A stretch of 64,000 bases of DNA from Basidiobolus meristosporus CBS 931.73 (taxonomy: Eukaryota > Fungi > Basidiobolomycota): NCBI GenBank assembly GCA_002104905.1, contig MCFE01000182.1, positions 76,982 through 140,981 on the forward strand, given 5' to 3'. Each line of letters begins with the position of its first letter. The first letter of the stretch is position 1. A model generated the notes under the pieces. It saw only the letters and a list, made by a program, of their open reading frames with translations, did not search any database and was not told the DNA's origin. A program made the translations under genes and the position numbers. Positions 12,497-25,893 of the stretch are shown here, piece after piece.

Positions 12497-15400
12497 CAAG
12501 CTGTCACTCTCTGCAATGTCTACTACTGCTATTACTGGAATATTTCCCTCTGCTGAAAAGTTGGACGGATCTAACTACCAAGTGTGGAAGGTGAAGATGA
12601 AGATGCTGCTACAAGAAAGAGGCCTTTGGGATATTGTCATGGGAGAAGAATGCCCTCCTGAAAACATGGGAGAGGAAGCCTTAAACTACCAGAAGAAAGT
12701 ACAAAGTGCCTTTAACTGCATTTGCCTTAATGTCAAGGACAAATTGCTAATTCAATGCTCAAGAGCAAAAATGGCAAAGAATGCCTGGAAAGCATTAGAA
12801 GACACCTACCAGTCATGTTCAGCTGCCAAGAAGATGTATCTGAGACAAAAATTCTTTACTACAAAGATGCTGCTAGGAGAAGAAATGAAAAATCTAATTA
12901 ACAGAATTACCCTGCTGGTAGATGAGATGGAATCTGTGGGCATACCAACTACTGATGAGGATGTGATAGTTACCATCCTGAATAGCCTGACAGACAAGTC
13001 TCAGGGCCTTGTATCAGCCCTAGAGTCCAGAACTGAAGATTTGACCTGAAATTATGTATATAGAAGGCTCCTGGATGAAGAATTAAGAAAATCAAGCGCC
13101 AATAAGAAGGAAGAAGAAAATGCTTTAATAAGCAATGATAACCAACAAAGGAGGTACCCAAGACCCTACAAAGGCAACAGCAACCTATTTTGCAACTACT
13201 GCAAAAGGAAAGGACACACATCAAACCAGTGTCTCAAAAAGAGAGATTATCAGCAAAAGCAGCCTGAATATGGAAATGCTGCAACAACTGAAGATAGACT
13301 ATTCATATCTGCACTAAATATGACCACAAACAAGGATTCTCAGACGTGGTATATTGACTCTGGAGCTTCTCAACACTTTACACACCAAAAAGAACTTTTT
13401 ACCCATTATCAAGAAATTCCAATTAAGAAGGTTTTCATGGGTGATAATAGAACACTTGATGCAGTGGGAGAGGGAACTATCCAAGTAAACCTTAGAAGCA
13501 GTGAAGGAAGCCATACACTGACCTTAAAAGAAGTATTCTATGTACCAGAAATAGCCAAGAACCTACTCTCTGTAAGCAAGGCCACAGCAGAAGGACTCAG
13601 TTTCAGTATTGACAATTCTGGTTGCAGGATCACCAATCAAAATGGTGCCCATATTGCTTTGGGCATCAGAGATCAGAATCTATACAAGTTGACTTATATT
13701 CCATCATACTTGGAAGCCAATATAAGTAACTTAAATGAAGAAACACCAATGCTTTGGCACAGGAGATTTGGACACATCAATTTTGATTATTTGCGTAAAA
13801 TGATCAAAGATCAGCTAATTTCTGCAGTGAAAATTGATCCCCCAGCCAATTGGGAGCAGTGTGAAGCTTGCATATATGGGAAACAAGCCAGACAGCTGTT
13901 CAAGAGCTCTGGGTTAATCAAAACTGAGAGAAAATTAGATCTAATTCACTCAGATCTGTGTGGACCTATGCAAAATTTATCCTTAGGTGGGATGAAGTAT
14001 TTAATCACTTTTATTGACAATTATACAAGATACACATGGGTCTACTTCATGGAAAGGAAGAAGCTCTGTCTAAGTTCAGGGAGTTTAAAGCCATGGTGGA
14101 GAGAGAAACTGATGAAAAAATCAAGAAAATACGCTCTGACAATGGTGGAGAATATACCTCAAGACTCTTCATCCACTTCTGCAAAATTCATGGTATAAAG
14201 CAAGAGACTACTGTACCATACTCCCCACAGCAAAATGGAGTAGCAGAACAAGCTAACAGATCAATAATTGATATGGCAAGATCTATGATCCATGATCAAA
14301 AATTATCCTATGATTTTTGGGCCAAATCAGTTGCCACTGCTGTATATCTTAAAAATAGGAATTATAGCAGAATACTTCGTGATTCTACTCCATTTGAAGC
14401 ATGGAATGGTTATAGACCAAGTGCAGAACATCTAAGAATATTTGGGTGTACAGCATATGCCAAAAAACTGGCCGGAAATCAGTCAAAATTTGAGCCAAAA
14501 AGTGTAAAATGCATATTTTTGGGGTACTGCAATGAGAGTAAGGCATACAGACTCTACAATACCAAAGCAAAGAAGCTTATCAAGTCCAGGGATGTGTTGT
14601 TTGATGAAAATTCAAAATTTTCACAAAAAATGACATCAGATGATGACGAAAATTTGATCTCAAGTCCACCAATTGTCAGGATTGAATCAGTGCAAAACAA
14701 TGAAAAATTCTTCACTCCAGAGGACTCTACAACCATGGTTCAGCCAGAATCAGTGCCCAGGAATATCCAGAAGTGATCATTGCAGTACCAAATGCCCAGA
14801 AATCCAATCGGACAAGAAATAGCTCAAATTACTATATCAATGAGGGTGCAAACTTAGCCTATGCCTATTCAGTCCACATTGATGAACCCCAGACTGTAAA
14901 AGAGGCCCTAAATAGCCCTCAGACAAAGTTTTGGAGATCTGCAATGACTGAGGAATATCAGGCCCTGATGGAAAATCAAACTTGGGACTTAGTCAAATTA
15001 CCAATCAACTGAAAATCAATTGGATGCAGATGGGTCTTCAAGACAAAATACAAGGCTGATGGTACAACTGAAAGATACAAAGCAAGACTTGTAGCCAAAG
15101 GATACTCTCAAACAAAAGGACTTGACTATACTGAGACCTTTGCACCGGTAGCCAAGTTTAATTCCATCAGATTAATATTGGCTATTGCAGCCAAATATAA
15201 GTTTTTTATTCATTAAATGGATGTAAAAACTGCATTTTTGAATGGAGAACTTGATCAGGACATGTATATGGACCAGCCTGATGGGTTTGTTGACCAAGAT
15301 AACCCCCATTTGGTCTGCAAGCTTAAAAAGTCACTATATGGTCTCAAACAATCACCAAGAGCCTGGAATTGCAAGATAGATTCTTATTTGGAATCTTTGA

Positions 15401-16455
15401 GTTTCAAACAAAGTAATGCTGACTATAGTATATACTATAAGCCAGATAGAGCAAATCCAGTTCTATTAGCTCTATATGTGGATGATCTTATTACAGCCGC
15501 CAATAACCTAGAAACATTGGAAGAAACTAAATCCAGCCTATCTAAGGAGTTCAAGATGTCTGATTTAGGAGAACTTAGTTACTACTTAGGGATTAAGTTC
15601 TCCATAGACAGAAGTACCCAGACTATCACCCTAAGTCAATCCAAGTATATTCAAGATATACTAAAGAAGTACCAAATGGAAGACTGTAAACCGGCAGCTA
15701 CCCCAATGGAGACAAACCTTAACTTGGTCAAAACTCAACCAAATCAAGAGAGCTTGGTGCCATCTGAAAGCCCTGACTTTCATTATCAATATATGGTTGG
15801 CAGTCTGATGTATATCATGCTTGGAACACATCCAGATATCTCATATTCAGTGGGAGTTGTCAGCCAACATAATCAGAATTATGGATCTAATCATATTGCA
15901 GCAGTTAAGTGGATTTTTAGATACCTAAAAGGAACTGCTGATATTTGCTTAAGATACACTTATAAGGACTCAGAACAAGATCTTGTGGGATACTCTGATG
16001 CAGATTGGGGAAGAAATTTAGAAGACAGACAATCCACTACAGGATACACCTTTCTTTACTGTAAAGGAGCAATTTCATGGAATTCAAGAAAGCAACCAAC
16101 CGTAGCACTTTCCACCACAGAGGCAGAGTATATGGCAGCCTGTGAAGCTACAAAAGAGGCAATGTGGCTAAGAAAGCTGTTTACAGATTTAGGCCTATGT
16201 CAAAAAACGCCTATTACTTTATTTCAAGATAATGAAGGATGTATACAATTAGGTAGAAATCCAACTATTCATGCTAGAACCAAGCACATAGATATTAGAC
16301 ATCATTTCATATGTGAAGCTATAGAGAATAACTTAGTTAGCTTAGTTTACTGTCCTACAGATGAAATGATTGCAGACATATTTACCAAACCATTAGCTAG
16401 AGACAAGTTTGAATATCTTAGGTCAAAATTAGGACTAGTCAGTATGAACATTTAG
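12489..16455 (+). pseudogene. Copia gag-pol with 3 in-frame stops (13047, 15010, 15214) and 2 frameshifts (~14055, ~14770)
   Basis: CNYCKRKGHTSNQC knuckle, WYIDSGAS protease, HRRFGH/CEAC plus DDE integrase, LYVDD RT, YSDADW RNaseH. Confidence 0.93.
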
Positions 16456-17138
16456 CTGAGTGGGAGTGTTGTAAAAGTTTGTATTTCCACCTAAATATTC
16501 ATCTAACTTAGTCACTTAGATCATTACCCTCAAATCCTAGAGAATACTGACCAAATTCCTTGTTGGGATTTACTTAGAATATTTTCACCAAAATACCTGG
16601 TACCCAGAACATGAAAATTCTCAAAGTTATCCAAATAGCCCCAAACTTTGCACACATGTTTTTGGGACCTTCCTCAACCTATTCTACGTGTTTGTAATGC
16701 TAAGACCAGGTAAAAGTATAAATACTACTTTTACATTCAATAAATCATTAAGTGAAAACCACATAATCTACTTGTCCTCCCAATCACTTCCAATATCTCC
16801 AAGACTCTTACAACAATAGGGAGTCCCCAAATGGTCAGCTTGTGATTTAGCTCTGGATTAAAGAGCTACATGTGAAGTGCAACTGACTTAGGTGCTGGCT
16901 TATTACTTAACATATAAGTAGACATCTTTTACCCTGTAAAATTACAGGCAAATTTCAGTGGCATGCAAGATGTCCAAAATTTCTTTAAGCTATAGTTATC
17001 ACTATCAATTGCTCCACTCCTTTTGAGACACTGATTATATATCCCAGTGATGTTGCACTTAATGAGCTCTATAACCAAGTGATTCATACAACTGATCACA
17101 CACTGTGATATATTTACACTGGTAAGCTGACTGCAAAA

Positions 17139-17488
17139 TGTTGTAATAACTCATAATTCCACCTAAATACTCACCTAGCTTAGTTACATAGATCATTATC
17201 TTCATATCCTAGAGTATACCAACCAAATTCCTTGTCAGGATTCACTTAGAATATTTTTACCCAGATATCAGGTACCTATATCATGAAAATTAGATAGGTT
17301 ATCCAAGCAGACCCAAACTTGGCACACATGTTCTTGGGACTTTCCTAAGTCTATTCAACAAGTTTTGTTATACCAGGACCATGTAAAAGTATAAGTACTA
17401 CTTTTACATTCAATAAATCATCAAGTGAAAACCACATAATCTACTTGTTCTCCCAATCACTTCCAATATCTCCAAGTCTCTTACAACA
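17139..17488 (+). mobile_element. Solo LTR of the same copia family (350 bp)
   Basis: TGTTG...CAACA, homologous to 12136-12484; flanks caaaa/aaaaa (4/5 match to a 5-bp TSD). Confidence 0.85.
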
Positions 17489-19038
17489 AAAAATAGTGGC
17501 CCAACACCAGCAAAGGTCTATACAAGATCACATCTGATACCTATTGTAAGCTGAGTGGTTCACAAATTAAAATGCAATATGAACACCTTAATGCTTTCTT
17601 GATAGAACCAGCATAGTAGTGCTCTAGGTGGCTCAAAAGCATGTCCATCAGGTTTGAGGTGCTTCATCTACTATTAGATCTGTGCTACTGTGATACCAGG
17701 ACTCCCAGTGTGAGTGGTCTATTTATGTTCAAGTGGTAGATGAAGTATAGAAAATTGTAGCACACTGAGATCTAACAGTGCTTAGGCTAACCTAGCAGAG
17801 TCAAGTAGAACATAGGTCAAGATAAAAACATACAACTTGGGGGTTGATGATATCTGCTGTTATTTTGATATTACTTTTTAGTCAGCAATTCAGGTACAGG
17901 TATTGCAGGACTTAGCAAAGTGACTATCACCATAAGCAAGCCAAGGATTACTAAGGCACACCACTTTCAAAATAAATGCTTATTTTTATTAGCTCTGGCT
18001 ATGTTGAGGACAATGCAACATATATGATAGTAAGTCAAATACCTAAGCAACCCTCTTGTCCAATATTGCAGTAGCTAGTTTACCAATTCCAAAAAATTAC
18101 ACTGGAAAATTGACAGAGCATCAGTAAAATACTATGGGGAGCCTAAGTTTGATATGGTTTATAGGCTGGGTGATTTACTGAATGCAGGGTAAAATGAATA
18201 TTTGGATGTTGTATTGACAAAACTAAATATATTAGTGAAGATATCCTGATTATGTCTTACTTGTAGCTTTAGTCTGGTTCAAGCATAAACGCAAGGATGT
18301 ATTAGGAAAGAAATCTACACCACCGTAGACTCGGAAGTGACAAGCGTTTTCTGGCTTACTCGCATTTAATTGCTTCCAGAAAACTATTTTACCAGAGATA
18401 TGGATGCAGGGAAGAAGAACCAAAGAGAAGAACAGTAAGGTTTGGAGACATTTGGAAAACCTTGAAATCTCCACTTCGTAGGAGCCTCGATGCATTATTG
18501 AAGTCGCTAATGACATTTGATTTACCCTTGACCAAGGTATGAAATGGCACCTCTACAGCGCTTGCATCCCCATTACACCCAGCCCCAAATACTGTCAAAT
18601 CAATATTCCAAGAAATCCCCCAATGGCACAATATGATGGTGGTTCAGCTAAACAGTAATGAACAACCTCCGATCCAATGGCTGGTTTGACAAAGATATAC
18701 AACATATATCCATCCACCAGCCTCCAGCTCTTCACCAAACTCCGATTCAACCTCGCTCAACCAACGAGGGGGATTCACTTGGTAGATGCAGGAGTGTAGC
18801 GTAGGAGTCCATGTGATCGGATGTCCCTCAGGCCTATGAAACCGAAGAAGAGGCCAGCGGAGTGGGATTTGAGACGTATCGACCCAGCATGAATCGGTCG
18901 AAATTGAATGGGGATTCTGGATGGAGATGGAGATGGGCAGGCCGGGATTCACGTGACGCGCGAGGAAGGATTATTTCCGATGATTTCCTGGCCCATGAAG
19001 AGATGTGGGTTGATATCTAACGGTATCTCAAAGCTGTC

Positions 19039-22000
19039 ATGAGTGAAGAAAAGCCAAGTAACAAAACGCTTGGCGTGAAGAAAGCGCCGAAGTTCGAGTT
19101 ACCCAAGGCGCCCGTGCCGCCGGATTCCGAGACGCCCAATGGGGAGAGGGGAAGGGAGAGAGTGTTCGGCATAGAGGAAGCGCCGACGTTCTTCCCAACG
19201 GCGGAGGAGTTCCTGGACCCCTACGAATATATCGGACATATCCGACCGGTGGCGGAGAAGTATGGCATGTGCAAAATCATTCCGCCTGCGTCATGGTCGC
19301 CGCCGTTCTCTCTGGATAGTGAGGTAAATTTTTTGGCCCTGTTTGTTTTGTTTCCCATAGTCAACATATCCCCACCGCCAAACCACTTCCCTCACCCAAC
19401 GCGTGCCCGTAGGCCGCTTGCCTTCCCTTGAATCGAAGCTCGCACGCGCTCTCTTTTCTCACCAACCCCCCCCTGATATGGGATCTGTCGCTAGTTACGC
19501 CAAGGCTTGAACTGACCTTTCAATCTAGACGTTTCACTTTAGTACAAAAGACAATCGAGGGATTCCTAAGCAGACTGCCGCCGTGGCTGACGAAGAATAT
19601 ATCCAAGAACTATGTAAATTCCATTCGAAACAAGGACAACCAATCCACAAACTCCCCCAATTAGACCACAAACCGGTCGATCTACTGATACTGAAGAACG
19701 AGGTGGCACTTCGCGGTGGGTTTCAGAACGTTAGTAGCCCCTGCTTGACACTTTTGGTATGGACGCAACGAAATAACCCCTCTCTATCTCTGCTTTCCGC
19801 ACCTCAGGTTACGGTGGAAAAAAAATGGGCGGAGATCGGACGCACCATGAACTACTCCAGAAAGACCTGCACCTCCCTGTCGAACTCCCTCAAAACCATC
19901 TACTCCAGATTCGTGCTGCCTTTCGAACTCCACATGTCGACGTCCACTCGGGCTGACAAGGAGCCCAGATTGGCCTACGACGACGTTGACGACGAGAGCG
20001 AGCTGTCGAGCGCGGGGCCCCTCTTCGATAGCGAGTCCGACGACGGCCACGGGGATAGAAGTCTCCCTACGCCGGCCCCCCGCTGAAAAAGAGAAAGACC
20101 AAGAAAGAGTCCGGTATTAGGCGCATGTTGCCATGAGTTTTGCTTGACCTGAACCAAACTAAACGCGCATCGTGTAGACACCGAGTCCTCATTCCCCTCC
20201 TCCCCCGTCACCCCCACACCAGCCCAGAATGGATTCTCGAAACCTCCGAAAGCGCAATCCTCCAAGTCAGACCCTAGCTCGATCGTAGGTACCCAGCGCA
20301 CCCCGCCAGAACGAACCTCCCCTAACACCATTCTCGAATCTAGGCTTGCGAGATCTGCCGGAAGGATCAGAACGAGGAGGCGCTGTTGCTGTGCGACGGG
20401 TGCGACCGAGGCTACCATATGTACTGTCTCAGTCCACCGCTGAAGGTGGTCCCAAAGACCGACTGGTTTTGCCCCAACTGCATAGCGCAAGTGGATAGCA
20501 TCACGAGTGAGGTCCATGCCCGGTACAGTCTGCAACTATTTCAGAAGAAAGCCCAGAAGTTCAAAGAGGAGATCTTCTCCTCCATGCGGACCGGGGACTC
20601 CTCCAAAGCGGTCACCGAGGACCTAACGGAGGAGTTGTTTTGGAAGCTGGTGGATGCTGGCTACGATGACCTGGACGTTGAGTGCGGCTCGGACCTGTCC
20701 TCGGCGCTATACGGAAGGTAAAGTACGAACTTGGTTGCCCTTCTCCGCCTCGAGAAGCCCGTGCTGACCATCCTCTTTAGCGGGTTTCCCACCATCGAGC
20801 GCAACCCAAGGGAAAAGTACTCCCTGGACAAATGGAATCCAAACATCCTTCCTACACTGCCCGATTGCTTGTTCTCCTCCATCGATACCCATGTCCCCGA
20901 GCTTGTGGTGCCGCGGTTGAACGTGGGCATGTGCTTCTCGTCCTTTAGCTGGCGCTACGAGCCCTACTACGCCTACGGGATAGACTTTCTACATTGGGGG
21001 GACAGCAAGACGTGGTATTGTGTTCCGGCTTCGGACGCTCGGAGATTCGAGGAGGTGGTGCGTGAAGTTGTCCCTGACCTGTCCACGCAGGAGCCCGAAT
21101 TCCCACTCCGACTGGCTACGATGGTCTCTCCCGAGACGCTCAAGAGCCATGGAATCAAGGTCACCGCGGTCAATCAACGGGCGGGCCAGCTGGTGGTCAC
21201 CTTCCCACAGGCGTGTCATGCCGAGTTCTGTCATGGGGTAGGTTGGACTGTTTGTAGCGGGAAGGGCCCTTTTTTACCTAACCAACACGCATGTTAATGT
21301 TGATGTAGTTTAACTTCGGAGAGAACGTGAACTTCGCGCTGAGCGACTGGCCGCAGCATGTGCTCCAGTATTTGAACCGCTCGAGGGCGCTCAGGAAAGA
21401 GCCGGCCTTCTCGTACGATGGGCTGATGGTGGCACTGGCCTCCAACGAACCGAGCATCAAGACGGCAGTGTGGTACGTGTCCGGATCAAACTTGGGTGTC
21501 TTGTCGGGTGTGGCTAACCATATTTGGCGCATGTAGGCTACACGCACCGTTGAAAGAGGTGGTTGACCAGGAAATCGCCAATAGAAATGCCCTTCGGAGC
21601 CGGTGCCCGGATATGAAGGAAGAGGTGGACCCGGGGTTGCCGGTCACCAGGTGTAGTCATTGCAAAGAGTTGAATCGTCTGTCGACACTCAGTTGCTCAT
21701 GCACAATCAAGGTGACTTGCCCCGCTCACGGGGAACACGTATCCTTTTTCGCGACCAAGGAAGTTGTCGAGCAGTGCAATGTCAATGTCAACGTCAATGT
21801 TCTTAACCATTTTCCCAGCTCTGTGAATGTCCGCCAGACGCGAGAGTGCTTCGGATCCGACACTCCGATGAAGAGCTTCAGCGCATGGTCAGCGAGGTGA
21901 CCGACAAGGCCGAGCTCCCCTCGAGATGGGTTCGAAAATTCCACGAGTCGGTGGCGAGTCTGAAGCTACCCTCGCTCAACACACTGAAGCATCTGCTGAA

Positions 22001-23447
22001 CGACGCGGAGAAGATCCCCGTCTTCATCAACGAAGCGGCGTTCCTGAAGATCTTTGTGAATCGGGCGAACGAGTGGGTGGAGAAAGCCAACTCTTTCTTG
22101 GGAAAGAAGCATCGTCGCGGGTCCACCCGACCGAACATCCCCTCCGAAGAACATGTGCGAGGCCTCTTCACCGAGGTTCTGAAGCTGAACTTTCATTCGC
22201 CCGAGATCCTGTCCCTGGAGCAGCTACTCCAAGTGATCGACACCTTCAAGGCCGAAGCGCATGCGGCACTCGCCGACCCCGGAATGACGATCGATCAGCT
22301 CAGGCAACTCTATCAGTCGGGCATCTCGGTTAATGTCCAAATGGAGGAGCTTCCAAAGCTAATGAATTGTATTCGGACGATGGAATGGAATGAACTGGCA
22401 TCATGCGACAGCCCAACTGATCTTTCCAAAGTGGAGCAGATGCTCCATATGGCCAGTGACTACGACATTGACGTTGACGACAGCTCTCTGAAGCGGCTGA
22501 AGCATCTGCAGGCCCGGGGACAGCGCTGGAAACAATCAGCGGTGGCCATTCTAGACCAAGATATGATCACCTCCGCCGAGCTGGAGGCCTTGATTGAGTT
22601 GGCCCGGGAAAGCCCGCATGTGCCGTCACTGTTGAGTCAAGCGGAGTCTCTTCTTTCCAAGGTGCAGGATTGGAGCGTCAGCGCTAGGGCACTGCTGGGC
22701 CGAGGGGAGAACCCGGATATTCTGCAAAGACCCACGGTCGATGAGCTTCACCAAATGCTGGGCAGGCTGAAAGAGATCCCAAACAAGCCGGTCGAGGTGT
22801 ATATCTTGGAGCATGAGCAAGAGCTCACTGATAAATGGTGCGCCGCCGTGAAAAAGGCCTTTCTCAAAGTCCAGACGCCGAAAGGTTGGGACGAGGTTCT
22901 GGAGGTGCTTCAGCAGAATGTGTCCAAATGCTCGGCGGTCGAAAGCCAAGGGGAAGCCTATTGCCTTTGCCGGTCCGCCGATTCCGGTTTCATGATCGAG
23001 TGTGACAGTTGCCATGAATGGTACCATGGCCATTGCGTGAAGCTCACTCGCAAGGATGCCAAATCCCAACGTAGCTACATCTGCCCGATATGCAACCCGG
23101 CGGTGGGGATCTCTCGGGTCTTCAAGCGCCCCACGCTGGAGGATCTGTACAAACTGATCCGTGAGAGCAGCCAATTCAAGTTCATCCCCCGGGAGCGAGA
23201 GATCCTTCTCTCCCTGACCGACGATGCCTCCTCGCTACGCTTGCAGATTCGCCGGTTCCTCGCCACATTGAACACCACCCCCTCGCCCAGCATCACCCAG
23301 ATCCAGCATTACCTTCGGAAAGTCGAGGGAATGATGATCCACCTACCAGCGGAGACCGCTCAACTGCGGCAGATCCAATCCGCCTACGAGCTACCCATCA
23401 ACCATGAGCTGGACAGCGCATCTGAGGAGTCGGGGTATTCTTCGTGA
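19039..23447 (+). CDS. KDM5/JARID1-family protein (JmjN, ARID, PHD, JmjC, C5HC2, PLU-1, PHD), multi-exon; JmjC metal site degenerate
   Basis: EEAPTFFPTAEEF...YGMCKIIPP (JmjN); KKWAEIGRTM (ARID); CDGCDRGYHMYCLSPPL (PHD); VGMCFSSFSWRYE...HWGDSKTWY (JmjC); YCLC...CDSCHEWYHGHC (PHD); GT-AG introns. Confidence 0.92.
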
Positions 23448-23945
23448 ATAGTATCTTCGTTGGTCTAACCAACTCGCGTACCTTTCCCCAAGTTTCTAGT
23501 GTAAATTATCGACTGAGATTAGAGTATTATTTATTTCCCCCGTTCTCACCTCCACCACCACCACCACCACCACCACCCACACCCCCACTCGCGGGCCCCT
23601 ACCTTCCCTAATTGTAACATAACGTATCTACCCTCCTCCACATCCACCCTCACGAACGCCCCGAACCCATACAAAAGAAAGCAAATATAGAACAACTTCA
23701 ATGGAAGTGGGATTTAATGGAGCCTAGGATATGATTAGCAAGATAGTAGCGGGCGATACGGCCGGCAGAGGACCTGAAGGGGCGGGGGCGGGGCAGGGCA
23801 GGGGAACAAAAACCATGTGTACAATGCAAAAAGTTAAGAAGTTGATGATACAATCCAACCGAGAAACAAAATAACATTCCAAATTGACGCAAATATATAA
23901 ACAATACACCGGGTTGTGTCGTCGAGGGCTGGCTCATCCACTCAG

Positions 23946-25893
23946 TCAAACGCCATCCGGGTCCCCCAGGTCGCTTACATCCACCCCCACCGCAACGTTG
24001 TCCACGTGGTGGAGTTGCCCGTCGTGGCCCACCCCATCCACCGTTTGGTGAAGGATTTGGGTCTTGTACAGGCTTTCGTCTATGTCGTCGTGGTCGTCCA
24101 CGCCCACACCTACGCCTACTCCCACGTTCTGGCCCAACTGGAAATCTGACATGGCCTAGGAAATGGTCGATGTTAGTTAGGGACTTGGAGACGGGATTTC
24201 GGAATGGGACAAGACTCTTACTACGGGGATGTCAACCGCGTCCAGGTGCGCAACAGTGAGGAAGAAGGTTTTCTCCAGCTTGTAAACTGTAGGGACGATG
24301 GTTAGTCAATCCTCAGGAAGGGACCGGGGGAGGCTGCACTTGCCTGTGTCACCATGGTAGTAATTGGCGATGGCGGTGATCTCGCAACTTTCCGCGTCGA
24401 TCCCGGGCGTTCCGGTCAAGATGTTGTTCTCCCAGTAGAGCCAGTCAGGAAGCCAGGGGGAGTGGAACACCACTTTGGGCGCTGGAAGGAACCACTTCGT
24501 TAGTCATCTCAGTTCGGCCACCCGTCTAGAAACCGACCACTTACATCTCATCTGCGGGTCCCACACCCTAGGACTCCACATATATTTGAGCCCGATGTAG
24601 GCAACCTTGGGCGGAATCCCGGCGATCTTCCGGGTGAACTCCCGGAAGATCCACCCACCAGTGGGGATCTTCTTGGCCTCGATATTCCACACGTGGTTCC
24701 CCTTGGATTTCGCCTTTTTCCCATCCTCGTTGAACCTGCTGATGTATCTATATAGCACCTTCGGTTACTACGCTAGGCCGCGTTGGAGACATGTGGTCGA
24801 GAAAAGGGTCACCTTTGATTCCAGAGATAGATCTTCACCTTCCTCAACGGCAGGATGTCCTCGGTGAAGCCTTGACGCACCAGCTCCTCGTGAAAGGCGT
24901 TGGTGAATGCCTGGATACGGAACTTGAACGGTCGGAAATCCGGAGACTCGTCCAGCTTCTGCATCTTCTTGGCCATGAGGGTTTGGTGACTGGAAACGGG
25001 AAGGGTTAGTGCGCCGCCAGATGGGGTCGAGGAAGGGCTGACTTACATCTGCTCCCCTTTCGAATCCGCCGCGTTCACTAGAGAATCCGCCCAATGGTTA
25101 GGTTGTCTAGTCCACCGATCCACCAGCACTTGAATGTAACTTACGATTGGAACAAACCCCTTGAAGGAAATTGAAGAATATCTCGTCTAGCCGCTGCACA
25201 AGCTCAGGCTCGAGTGGGGCGTGTGTATGGGTGCGAGGTTGTGGTGGAATGACTATCGGTCCGCCGGTCAATCCTTCGGGCTGGGGTTACGTTAGAAGCA
25301 AGTGGTGGCGGGAGAGGAGTGTCCGCCTCATACCTGGTAGATGGCAGTCTGTATTGTGGGGGAGTCGTCCGCAGTGGTCTTCAGGGCCTTCCTGGATTTC
25401 TCCGGTTTGTTGTATGTACGCTGAGCAAGGGAGGTGAGTAAGGGCAGGAATGACGGGCGCGGGAGGGGGACGGGACGGGGAATACCTTGGGAGACTTCAG
25501 AAGAGCGTTGGGTGAGTGGATGGCCGTGGCCATGGAAGCCGGTATCTGCTGGGGTAACGAGATTTCGTAGAGAAGGGAAATGGCATTCTGAAAGGGAAGC
25601 GGGTTAGCACCGTTCGGAGAGGGGGTGAGCTTCGGAGGACCCATACTAAGGAAGCGTATTTGGCTTTGAAATCCTTTAGCACCTCGATGGTCTTGGTGAT
25701 TTCGTTCAGACGGTAGAACGACTCGGCCTCGAAGCCGCGCTCGAAATGGTCCTTGGCCTCTTGTGCATTCAGTAGGATACTAGAAAGAGATAGCAAGTGG
25801 TTTGAGTTGGGACCGGTCACGGGAAGGGAGCGAAAGAGAGAAGGTGGGCAGTGGCTGGGAAGAATACCTATCAAATAGCTGGGTAAGCTTCAT
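23946..25893 (-). CDS. Conserved fungal hypothetical protein, multi-exon, with a He_PIG/cadherin-like C-terminal segment
   Basis: Exons translate to FRPFKFRIQAFTNAF, YISRFNEDGKKAKSKGNHVWNIEAKK, PRVWDPQ and LPDWLYWENNILTGTP; start MKLTQLFD at 25893 is inferred and exon boundaries are approximate. Confidence 0.65.

Larger units (their letters stand above)
12136..16815 (+). mobile_element. Full-length Ty1/copia LTR retrotransposon (4680 bp), coding region inactivated
   Basis: 349-bp LTRs 12136-12484 and 16467-16815 (TGTTG...CAACA, 10 differences); PBS 12485-12496; PPT gagtgggag 16458-16466; domain order gag-CCHC-PR-IN-RT-RH. Confidence 0.97.

Noticed and set aside
14036-14070. Programmed ribosomal frameshift in copia pol
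   Set aside because: It falls mid-integrase, and the older copy (~7975-7990) has the extra base, so this is a simple deletion.
18250-18952. Gene divergent from the KDM5-like gene
   Set aside because: Only short overlapping ORFs without motifs; cannot be supported.
18949-18956. TCACGTGA Cbf1-type site upstream of the KDM5-like gene
   Set aside because: A single 8-mer is expected by chance at this window size; plausible but unsupported.
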